A stretch of DNA of 64,000 bases from a virus (taxonomy: Duplodnaviria > Caudoviricetes): IMG/VR virus record IMGVR_UViG_3300044740_000023, positions 1 through 64,000 of that record; one strand, written 5' to 3'. The notes under the pieces are model-generated. The model was not told the origin of the DNA. It made no database searches and saw nothing but the letters and a program-made list of their open reading frames with translations. Both the position numbers and the translations under genes were made by a program. Shown here piece by piece: positions 56,509-64,000 of this stretch (its first letter is position 1; each line of letters begins with the position of its first letter).

Positions 56509-56565
56509 TTTCGTACCTCCCTAGTGGTGTTGCCGTGACGTAAGTTAGCTCATCGGGCCGACGAC

Positions 56566-58035
56566 TCAGTTGACCCGCACGATGTCGAGGAAGATGTCGT
56601 AGCCGGTCTCGTTGTTTTCTTCGCCGCCTGGCGCGCCGAGTAGCTGGTATTCGAGCTTGATCTTGGTCCCGGCTTTGATGCGCCATATCCACGAGTCCGT
56701 GGGGTCGGGGTTGACTTCCCTGCCGAGGTACACAGACGAGTAGATCGTGTCGCCCGCGTCGATGCCGCCCGCCGTAGTGCTTGGGCGCAGCCATACCGCC
56801 TCTGCGTGTTTGGCGTTGCTCATCCCCCACCGCAGGCGCAGCATGTAAGTGCCCGCCGTTTTGACTTCAATCTCTTCTTCGTTCGGCAGCGCGAGGTCCG
56901 TGCCTGCGCCCCCGGCAGCGCCCGGTGTTTTCTTCCACTTCAGCGGATTGAGTTTCCCGTTGTTTTTGAACGTCGCCGGTTCCGCGTTGGTGGCGTTGTA
57001 TTCGAGATGCAGACGACTGTCGGGCACCGTGCCCGCCGCGCCCGTTTCGCCTTTTTCGCCTGTTTCGCCTTTTTCCCCGCGTTCGCCTTTTTCACCGCTA
57101 CCGCCGACCGCTTCGAGCGGGGCCGTGCGGATTTCGTGATTGCCGCAGGTGATGTAGATAGTCGGGCCAACGATGAGCGCGTTGAGAGCGCCCTGTTCGA
57201 CGGGAAGGTAATTTGCGTCGGGGAACTCGGGATCGGTATGCACGCGCCCGACACCTTCACCATCCGTCCAGTACAGATCGTGCCCGTGTACCGCCATGTG
57301 CCGCACGGCTTCCGGCACGCGCAGCCAGTAGGGGTCGTTGCCACCTTCGACGATGTGCCGCCCGATGTAAAAGCGTTCTTCTTCGTTTTCGACATATCTC
57401 CAGCCGTAATAGACATACGGCCCGGCAGCGGCGATACCTGCCGTGTTTCGCGAAAGCGGCACCATGCGTGCTTCATGGCCGCTTCCGTCCACCTTGATGC
57501 GCCCGATCCATTCGTAGTAGTTGGGGCCTTCTTCACCTTCCCACACGAAGTACAGCCATTCACCGCTAACCGCGATGTCATGCATTTCACCCTTTTCGGT
57601 GAAGGCCGCGTGCTGCCATTCGGGTTGCGCTTCACTCCCGTTGATATTCGCGCGCCCGAGCCAGAGTGTCCCTTCGCTCCACGGCGCGTTCCACGACCAG
57701 AAGAGGAGCCATTCGCCTTCGTCGGGCGTGTAACAGGCGAGGCCCACGACGTTGCGCCCCGGCGCAGCCAAGAGCCAATGGGCTTCGCGCGTGCCGTTGC
57801 CGATATTGACCCGTTCGATGTATTCGCCGTTGGCGAGGTAGAGATATGTGCCGTCTGTGGCAGCCTGCCCCGCATTCGACGTGCCTGTGACGAACTGCCG
57901 AGTGGGACCAGGCACCGGGTCGCCAAGCAGCGCGGCGACAGCCTCGTCGTCCTCGATGCCGAGCACCGCCGCGATCAGGTCGAAGTCGAAGCCCCTGTTC
58001 GCGAGGGTCTGCGCACGCTCAACGAGCGTGGGCAT
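56566..58035 (-). CDS. beta-propeller protein with collagen-like linker
   Basis: repeated blades (...YLY.A, I.R....G); GEKGERGEKGETGEKGETG. Confidence 0.75.
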   Translation of the reverse strand: MPTLVERAQTLANRGFDFDLIAAVLGIEDDEAVAALLGDPVPGPTRQFVTGTSNAGQAATDGTYLYLANGEYIERVNIGNGTREAHWLLAAPGRNVVGLACYTPDEGEWLLFWSWNAPWSEGTLWLGRANINGSEAQPEWQHAAFTEKGEMHDIAVSGEWLYFVWEGEEGPNYYEWIGRIKVDGSGHEARMVPLSRNTAGIAAAGPYVYYGWRYVENEEERFYIGRHIVEGGNDPYWLRVPEAVRHMAVHGHDLYWTDGEGVGRVHTDPEFPDANYLPVEQGALNALIVGPTIYITCGNHEIRTAPLEAVGGSGEKGERGEKGETGEKGETGAAGTVPDSRLHLEYNATNAEPATFKNNGKLNPLKWKKTPGAAGGAGTDLALPNEEEIEVKTAGTYMLRLRWGMSNAKHAEAVWLRPSTTAGGIDAGDTIYSSVYLGREVNPDPTDSWIWRIKAGTKIKLEYQLLGAPGGEENNETGYDIFLDIVRVN

Positions 58036-58041
58036 GAGCGC

Positions 58042-58530
58042 CTACGAGGAGGACGGGTAGATCGCGCCCGGCGCGTAGGGAGCCGGGTAGTGCGTGGCCG
58101 CGACTTCCGGCAGCGCGCCCGTGCGCCCGCCTGACGCCTGTCCGCCCGGACCCGGCGCGTAGCCAGCTTCATCTCCGAGCGGCTCGATGGGCGGCGAGGC
58201 CACGGACGGAAGCGCCGCCGTATTGCCCGCCTGCGCCTCGCCGCCGCCAAGACCGGCTGCGGCGGGCACTTGGCTCGTCACGCCGGGAGAGGAGCCGACC
58301 GACGCCGCCACCGTGGGCGGTGCGGTGGTCGCGCTCTGGCTCGTGCCACCGGCCTGACCGGGCGACGGACCCTCAAGTTCCGAGTGGCCCTCGGTGGCTA
58401 CTGATGGAGGAGCTTCAGTTGCGCTCTGATCGGTCCCACCAGCGGGACCGGGACCAGGACCCTCGATTTCGGAGTGGCCCTCGCCCGCTGCCTCTGTGGG
58501 GTACGGCCCGGTGTAGCCAGATGCCTCCAT
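58042..58530 (-). CDS. Gly/Ala/Pro low-complexity repeat protein
   Basis: EGHSE.EGP.PG.AGGT.QSAT.APP twice. Confidence 0.65.
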   Translation of the reverse strand: MEASGYTGPYPTEAAGEGHSEIEGPGPGPAGGTDQSATEAPPSVATEGHSELEGPSPGQAGGTSQSATTAPPTVAASVGSSPGVTSQVPAAAGLGGGEAQAGNTAALPSVASPPIEPLGDEAGYAPGPGGQASGGRTGALPEVAATHYPAPYAPGAIYPSSS

Positions 58531-58539
58531 CGTTGCCTC

Positions 58540-58965
58540 CTATGCCGTCTGCTGGACTTCGGGACCGGGTGAGATGGTTTCGGCAGCGGGTGCCGCCGCG
58601 TCGGAGCGCGCGGGCGGGCTGCCCGCGTAGGTGTGCTGCGAGATCAGCGCGAAGGTTTTGGTGAAGCCCGAGTTCTGGAGCACGTAGGTCGCCTCACCTA
58701 CGGGTGCCCAATGCACGAAGTCCGTATCTTCGTGCGGCGTGTTGCCTTTGTTGCCGGACGCCTGCGAGCGGTAGATGATCCCTTCATCTTCGACGTATGC
58801 GCCCTTGGCATACGTGCTACCCGCGCTGTAGGCGGCGATGGGACCGACGAGGGGCGGACCCGGCTGGAATGCGAGGTCCGCCAGAGCCTCGTTGAGAGCT
58901 TCCTCTTTTTCCGCCTCTTCAGCGAGAGGGATGGTCGCGATGACCGTGCCGGTACCTCCGGGCAT
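58540..58965 (-). CDS. protein with CBM5/12-like carbohydrate-binding motif
   Basis: AYSAGSTY.KG.YV...G.IY....GN.G.TP.....W. Confidence 0.65.
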   Translation of the reverse strand: MPGGTGTVIATIPLAEEAEKEEALNEALADLAFQPGPPLVGPIAAYSAGSTYAKGAYVEDEGIIYRSQASGNKGNTPHEDTDFVHWAPVGEATYVLQNSGFTKTFALISQHTYAGSPPARSDAAAPAAETISPGPEVQQTA

Positions 58966-58968
58966 GGC

Positions 58969-60258
58969 CTATTCGCCCTTCACCTCTTCAAACGTGCCGG
59001 TCTGCGACTCCCATGACAGCGGCAGCGAGAGCACCTGGAGCACTTTCGCGAACGTGCCGGGAATCTGGAGCAGCGCGTCTTTCACCCGGATCGACTTCAG
59101 GACGACAGTCGGTTCTTTCGGGTTGTAAATCTTCGCTTCGAGCGGCTGCGGGTTTTCGTTGAGGTAGCCAAACACCTCTTTGCGGCTGACACCCGTGAGC
59201 GTTTCGAGCGCCTGATACAGCGCCTCCTTTTCCTTCGGCTCGATCTGAATGGTGCCGTTGCAGTCGATGCCCGTTTCGTTGTAGCCGATGGGGTCGAATT
59301 CGCCCATCTCGCGCTGCACTTCGCCCGAGTGCGTGGCGTTGAGGTCGAAGCTCTGAATGCCGTGGAGCTTGACCTTTCCTTCGCCTTCTCCGACGAGGAT
59401 TTCGATGTTGCGGCCACGGACGGCAGCCGGGGTGACAGTCGTGGAAGCGTGCGCCGCTTCGTTGATTTCTTTTTTGACCGCCGCGAAGTAAATCCACTTG
59501 ATGACCGCACCTTCGGCGGGGGGCACGGTGAATTTGATTTTGACTTTGGCGGGCGCTTTGCCCGGTTCTTTCGTGCCTTCCTCTTTGTAGTCCACACCCG
59601 GCTGCTGAATGACGCCGTTGACGAGGACTCCGAGGATCGCCTTGTAGGTCGTGCCACCTGCCCCGCCGATGCGGTAGACGCGGCAGACCTGTCCCGTTTC
59701 AAACGTCGCGGTCGCGCCGTTGCCGGTAGCGGTCTCCTCGATGGGGTACGCGCCCATCGCTGCTTTCGATTCCGCGTTTTCGGCTTCGTCGGCCATGTAG
59801 TACGTGCCGCCGTTGAGCGTGACCGTCTGCTCAGCGTTCGCGGTGACGCCGAATTTGTATGACAGCGCGGTCGGGTAGTACATCGGGACGACGACGCCGG
59901 ACGTGATGTGGGTGTGTTCCCCGGTGGGGTCCTGCGCCCACGGGCACGCGAGGTTGATGAACTGGCAGTTGCGCCAGTCGTATTTCGTGCCGTTCGGGTC
60001 GGCGTGGGCCGGGCCTTCGTTGCCGCCCATCGCGCCGACTTTGCCGGTCAGCATCGCCATCATGTCGCAGGACACGTCCCACGAGGTCATCTGGAAGCTG
60101 AAGTTCGCCTCGGTGAGAATCTTCCCCACAACGAGGTCGTTGCCGGTCTCACGGATGGTCTCGGTCGGGATGCGCGGGTTCTGGAGACCCGAGTCCTGAA
60201 GGCGGTCTATGACGTTGAGGCCACCGACTGTGATGATATGCCCGGCAGGAATGCTCAT
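58969..60258 (-). CDS. major tail (tube) protein
   Basis: 429 aa, position after tail completion genes. Confidence 0.75.
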   Translation of the reverse strand: MSIPAGHIITVGGLNVIDRLQDSGLQNPRIPTETIRETGNDLVVGKILTEANFSFQMTSWDVSCDMMAMLTGKVGAMGGNEGPAHADPNGTKYDWRNCQFINLACPWAQDPTGEHTHITSGVVVPMYYPTALSYKFGVTANAEQTVTLNGGTYYMADEAENAESKAAMGAYPIEETATGNGATATFETGQVCRVYRIGGAGGTTYKAILGVLVNGVIQQPGVDYKEEGTKEPGKAPAKVKIKFTVPPAEGAVIKWIYFAAVKKEINEAAHASTTVTPAAVRGRNIEILVGEGEGKVKLHGIQSFDLNATHSGEVQREMGEFDPIGYNETGIDCNGTIQIEPKEKEALYQALETLTGVSRKEVFGYLNENPQPLEAKIYNPKEPTVVLKSIRVKDALLQIPGTFAKVLQVLSLPLSWESQTGTFEEVKGE

Positions 60259-60596
60259 GTGGTCTCAGTCGCCTCCGTATCGTTGAACGCAAATCGCTCC
60301 GCGAGATCGGTGGAGAGGTCTCCTACCTGATCGCCGGGCTGCACCTTCAGCGCCCGGATGCCCTCGTAGGCCAACCCGTTGATCTTCTCGCGGCAAGTGC
60401 TCTTGAACGTGTCGATTGCCTTCTCGTGTCCGGGCGGAATGAGCGGCTCAATCACCTTCTCGAACTCCCCGAGGAGGGTGAGCATGGCCGACCTGCGCCG
60501 CCGATGTATTGCGGCCTCTGGACCGCTGTCGTCTTGGCCTAATATACGCGGCTGACCACCGTTTTGCGCGACTTGAGTCGTGGCGCGGGCGCTCAC
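60255..60596 (-). CDS. hypothetical protein
   Basis: coupled ORF. Confidence 0.55.
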   Translation of the reverse strand: MSARATTQVAQNGGQPRILGQDDSGPEAAIHRRRRSAMLTLLGEFEKVIEPLIPPGHEKAIDTFKSTCREKINGLAYEGIRALKVQPGDQVGDLSTDLAERFAFNDTEATETT

Positions 60597-61261
60597 GGGA
60601 GACCTTCCCCGTACACGATCTGAGCGGTCTGCACCTCGACTTCAAACGCCCGCCGCACGGCGTCCAACTCGCCCTTCCAGAACGCCTCGATGTCGGGGAT
60701 CGAGTCTTTGACGAACTCCCGCGCTTCGATGGGATTGCGGATGCGCCCGCTGCCGCGATCTTCGCCCTTGCCGCGCGGCTCGAACACCGGATGCTGGCGG
60801 AATTCTTCGCCCTCGGGGTGCGATTCGCCGGGCATGAACACGCCGTAGAGGATGCGCCCGACGTGCCCCGAGTAGCCAAGCTCCTGCGTCCACCACCACT
60901 CGACCTTGCTGTCGAGCAGACTCTCGTTGGCGATGCCGATGGACCCCCACCCGATGTCCGCCGACAGGTCCACCGGCAGGACGCCGCACTCCAGGTAGTC
61001 CTCAAGGCGCGGCCCGCCTGCACCGTGGCTGTCAGGGCGCACGCGGCTGTTGCGCTCGTGTTCAACGAGGACATGCGTGCCGTGAGCGACGACAGACACG
61101 GCCATCGCCTTTAGCTCAAGCTCCAGCGTGCGCATCGCATCTGCGACACGCTGCGCGCCAGGAATGTCGCCCGCCAGTAGCAGACGTTGCTCGATGGCCT
61201 TGCATTCCGACTGCGCTCTCGGGATACCTCTGACGAAGCAGTAGAAGGCGTAGTTGTCCAT
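60593..61261 (-). CDS. neck/tail completion protein-like
   Basis: WW..E.GYSGHVGR..YG; position. Confidence 0.55.
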   Translation of the reverse strand: MDNYAFYCFVRGIPRAQSECKAIEQRLLLAGDIPGAQRVADAMRTLELELKAMAVSVVAHGTHVLVEHERNSRVRPDSHGAGGPRLEDYLECGVLPVDLSADIGWGSIGIANESLLDSKVEWWWTQELGYSGHVGRILYGVFMPGESHPEGEEFRQHPVFEPRGKGEDRGSGRIRNPIEAREFVKDSIPDIEAFWKGELDAVRRAFEVEVQTAQIVYGEGLP

Positions 61262-61756
61262 CTAGGGCACGAAGTAGTCCGTGAGGGTGATCGTCGTCGT
61301 CCACACGTATTGGTCCCACGGGCGCGGACTCTGATTTACCTCATGGCGCACTTGTGCCTTGTCTACGCGCAGACTGTCGATCTGCGGATTACCTTCCTGT
61401 CCGAAATCGAGCAGAGGTATTTCTGCCTGTCCCGCCCGGAACACATGCTTGATCGCGTGCGCGAGCTTGCGCCCGAAGCGCGGCTCCGTGGCGAACGTCC
61501 AGACGATGAGGGTGTGGACGTACTCGGTCAGGTCGCTGCCCATCTCGATGAGTTTGCCGCCATCGTCGATGTTGAAGCCGAACGCGACCGTCGTCATCTC
61601 AAGCTCCTGCGCACGTTCCTCGGGCGTCGGGAACGCTTCGCGCAGGCGAACGTCCTGCCCGCCGCCCGACAGCACGAAGCCGTATGTCGGCAGGTCCGAG
61701 TTGAGCAGCGCGAGCGCGCTGAGTTCGACAAGCTCCTCGCGCAACAGCGTGGTCAT
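61262..61756 (-). CDS. tail terminator-like protein
   Basis: E.GS......L..W.F, position. Confidence 0.6.
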   Translation of the reverse strand: MTTLLREELVELSALALLNSDLPTYGFVLSGGGQDVRLREAFPTPEERAQELEMTTVAFGFNIDDGGKLIEMGSDLTEYVHTLIVWTFATEPRFGRKLAHAIKHVFRAGQAEIPLLDFGQEGNPQIDSLRVDKAQVRHEVNQSPRPWDQYVWTTTITLTDYFVP

Positions 61757-62187
61757 AGCTGCTCCCCGTAGACGAGTTGCCGGTACACCTGTCCGCCGAG
61801 GCTGAATGGCTTGGCCTCACGGATGGAGTAGTCGAGTCCGTTGACGTGCATCTCCTTCGCCGTTTCGACATCTTCGTAATCGCTCTGAGCGATGTCGAGG
61901 ATGATGTCCATGCCCGATACCTCACCGAGCGCCACGACATCGGTGTCACTCTGCGGACGCAGCGGCGAGCCTTGCTTGAGGATCACGAGACACGTCTTGG
62001 TCACTTCGGTCCATGCCGCGTTTTCCTGCTTCACCGTGGCGTCGTAGGGCAGGCCGGTGATCGGGTTGATCTTCGTGCCTTCCGGCCATGTCGGGGCAGT
62101 CGGCACCTTGAAGATGACCGGCGCGCCGCCGACGACGCGGAGGTTCGCCTGTGCCTCGATGAACCCGGCTATGTCTATCGCAGCCAT
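61753..62187 (-). CDS. head closure/head-tail joining protein-like
   Basis: position; beta-rich 144 aa. Confidence 0.55.
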   Translation of the reverse strand: MAAIDIAGFIEAQANLRVVGGAPVIFKVPTAPTWPEGTKINPITGLPYDATVKQENAAWTEVTKTCLVILKQGSPLRPQSDTDVVALGEVSGMDIILDIAQSDYEDVETAKEMHVNGLDYSIREAKPFSLGGQVYRQLVYGEQL

Positions 62188-62510
62188 GCGATCCCCCGCG
62201 CGGGCGTGCCGAAGCGGATGCGAAGTTCGTCCACGCTCAGGTGTTCGACCAGCGCCTCGGTCTCGTTGAGCGCTTCAGCACCGACATCTTCCGCCTGCAC
62301 GGTGACGGACGGATAGCGCCCGAGACCGTGCGGGATCAGCCAATGGCCGAGCGGGTCCTGCACGACGAAGTGATACCCGGCCTCGTCGAGACCGCTGGAG
62401 GTGATGTCCGGTTGCGGAGGTGTTCCACCTCCAGCGAACGTAAGGGGTGACTTGAGTTCGCCCTTCGCGATCTCTGCCGGGGTGGGCGCGAGTGCGATTA
62501 GCTCTGTCAT
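62175..62510 (-). CDS. small virion protein
   Basis: W.I.HGLGRYPSVTV motif. Confidence 0.55.
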   Translation of the reverse strand: MTELIALAPTPAEIAKGELKSPLTFAGGGTPPQPDITSSGLDEAGYHFVVQDPLGHWLIPHGLGRYPSVTVQAEDVGAEALNETEALVEHLSVDELRIRFGTPARGIAWLR

Positions 62511-63439
62511 CAGAACCCGGTCGGCGGGTACATGACGGGCACGACAGCCGCCTCCTGTCCACCGGGCAGGCCACCGGGCACGTTGACATCGAAGTAGCCA
62601 GCCCACCACTCCAGCACGGCGACCGTCGCCTGATCGCGCACACGGATGTTGGAGGCGTAGCGGTCGAGCACCGGGATGTTGATGCGCAGGCCCGCGATGG
62701 CTTTGTCGCGCTCGTCGATCAGCGAGTTGAGGTAGTTGCGGATCAGGTTCGCGGACAGGCTCCACGTCCACTCCGTTCCCTCGTTCTTGATGCTTTCGCT
62801 GATCTTCATGTTGTTGAAAACGTGGAAGTAGTAGTTGAGCGCGACCTGTGCGGCGATGATCGCTGTCTCCCACTCGGTCAGCGGTGTGTCGGTGCGCCAG
62901 CGCGTCGGATAGCCGCCGAGCGGGTCGCGCTCCTTCACGAGCAGTTCGTGGTGGAAGAAGCTGCCGCTGAGCATCACGACATCGCCGCAGGCGTCCGCGA
63001 TCATCGCGTACAGTTCCGCGTCGGTCAGCGGCGGTCGCTTGTTCGCGTTGCCCCACGGACCTTCCACCTTGCGTCGCGCGCGCGGGACGAGCACGTACAG
63101 ATCGGTGAGGTCGGGTGGCGTGCCATCCCACCGTTCCGATTCGACTTCGAGCTTGCCCTGGCTGACAGCGGTGCCCGCCTTGAGCCATTCCCAATGCCAG
63201 AGGCCGGTGACTTTCGGGACGTAGTTGGCGTGGTAGTGCCCCGTCGAGTCGTGGTGGATTTCTCCACCTTCGAGCGTGTGTTGTTTGATTTCCGCTGAGT
63301 CGGTCAGTTTCGGCTCGACGAGGCGCAGCTTCAGTTCTTCGACATCTTCCGGCGCGCCCGTGTCCGGGTTGGTCATCACCGTGCGGAACGTCGCCGTGCT
63401 GCCCGTCGTGACGGTGGGGATGGGGTCCTCAGCGCTCAT
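62510..63439 (-). CDS. head-tail adaptor-like protein with N-terminal Ig-like domain
   Basis: DS.G.Y.A......G.W...W N-domain; helical C-domain. Confidence 0.6.
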   Translation of the reverse strand: MSAEDPIPTVTTGSTATFRTVMTNPDTGAPEDVEELKLRLVEPKLTDSAEIKQHTLEGGEIHHDSTGHYHANYVPKVTGLWHWEWLKAGTAVSQGKLEVESERWDGTPPDLTDLYVLVPRARRKVEGPWGNANKRPPLTDAELYAMIADACGDVVMLSGSFFHHELLVKERDPLGGYPTRWRTDTPLTEWETAIIAAQVALNYYFHVFNNMKISESIKNEGTEWTWSLSANLIRNYLNSLIDERDKAIAGLRINIPVLDRYASNIRVRDQATVAVLEWWAGYFDVNVPGGLPGGQEAAVVPVMYPPTGF

Positions 63440-64000
63440 TCGACCGTGCTTTCTGCGTGGATGGCGGGGCCGACACTCGACTGCTCGTTCGACGTGATGG
63501 TCGTCGTGCCTACGATACTCGGCTCCGTGGATGATGTCACGACTTCATTCGCGGCATCAGAGGTCGCTGTGATGGCGGGGCCGACTGTGGAGGTGAGATG
63601 CCCCGGCGTGTACGGGTGGTGGACGACGGTCGTTTCGACTTCGGCTTCCTGCGTCTGGCTGACGACGCCCACGCGCAGCACACGCTTGACGAGGACCGCG
63701 CTGGAGGTGTCGGAGAGCGAGAACGTCCGTGCGAAGCGACGCACGAGCGTCGGCGTTGAGGAGCCGGTGGCGCTCAGCACGCGCACCGCCGAGCGCGTGA
63801 AGCTGACGGCCTGCGCCTGCGTGAGCGCCATGACGCGCAGAACCGCGCGCGTGTAGCTGACGCTCTGGCTCTGAGAGACCGAGAGCGAGCGCGTGATGCG
63901 CTCGACGACGCTCGCGCTCTGCGTCTGTTCGGCGCTGAGTTCTTTGGTGTGTTCGTGGTGTTCGACTTTCGCCGTCTGTTCGGCTGTCTGTTCCTGGCTG
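63436..64000 (-). CDS. repeat-containing virion protein (5' partial)
   Basis: frame open to window end; ~16-aa repeats R.L...Q.Q..S..R. Confidence 0.6.
   Translation of the reverse strand, partial: SQEQTAEQTAKVEHHEHTKELSAEQTQSASVVERITRSLSVSQSQSVSYTRAVLRVMALTQAQAVSFTRSAVRVLSATGSSTPTLVRRFARTFSLSDTSSAVLVKRVLRVGVVSQTQEAEVETTVVHHPYTPGHLTSTVGPAITATSDAANEVVTSSTEPSIVGTTTITSNEQSSVGPAIHAESTVE

Overview
The window is a large part of a high-GC tailed-phage (siphovirus-like) or prophage genome, probably infecting an actinobacterium (inference). Terminase, portal and capsid genes are not in the window. Layout: (i) 1-12.4 kb, a mostly minus-strand accessory arm containing an array of small genes joined by a conserved 25-bp stop/RBS/start junction repeat (4.6-8.4 kb), three plus-strand moron-like genes, and an ORF-poor, hairpin-rich region (11.1-11.9 kb) downstream of an HNH gene; (ii) a divergent control region at 14.23-14.56 kb built from 39-bp perfect inverted repeats, next to a sigma-factor-like gene; (iii) a plus-strand early operon (14.6-32.9 kb: HD hydrolase, GIY-YIG, ATP-dependent ligase, MoxR AAA+/VWA pair, RuvB, tyrosine recombinase, frameshifted ParB-like gene); (iv) a minus-strand replication/recombination cluster (32.7-41.8 kb: sigma-like factor, DnaB, initiator-like, Cas4/RecB-like nuclease, RusA, SSAP-like, HNH); (v) minus-strand tail and head-tail genes (42.4-64 kb) with tape measure and a -1 frameshifted tail chaperone pair. 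Best candidates for new biology: the junction-repeat gene-cassette array, the candidate large structured RNA, the inverted-repeat switch and a dispersed GACTCAAGTC motif. No CRISPR array, rRNA or canonical tRNA was found. All family assignments are from motif recognition by eye; no database searches were run.
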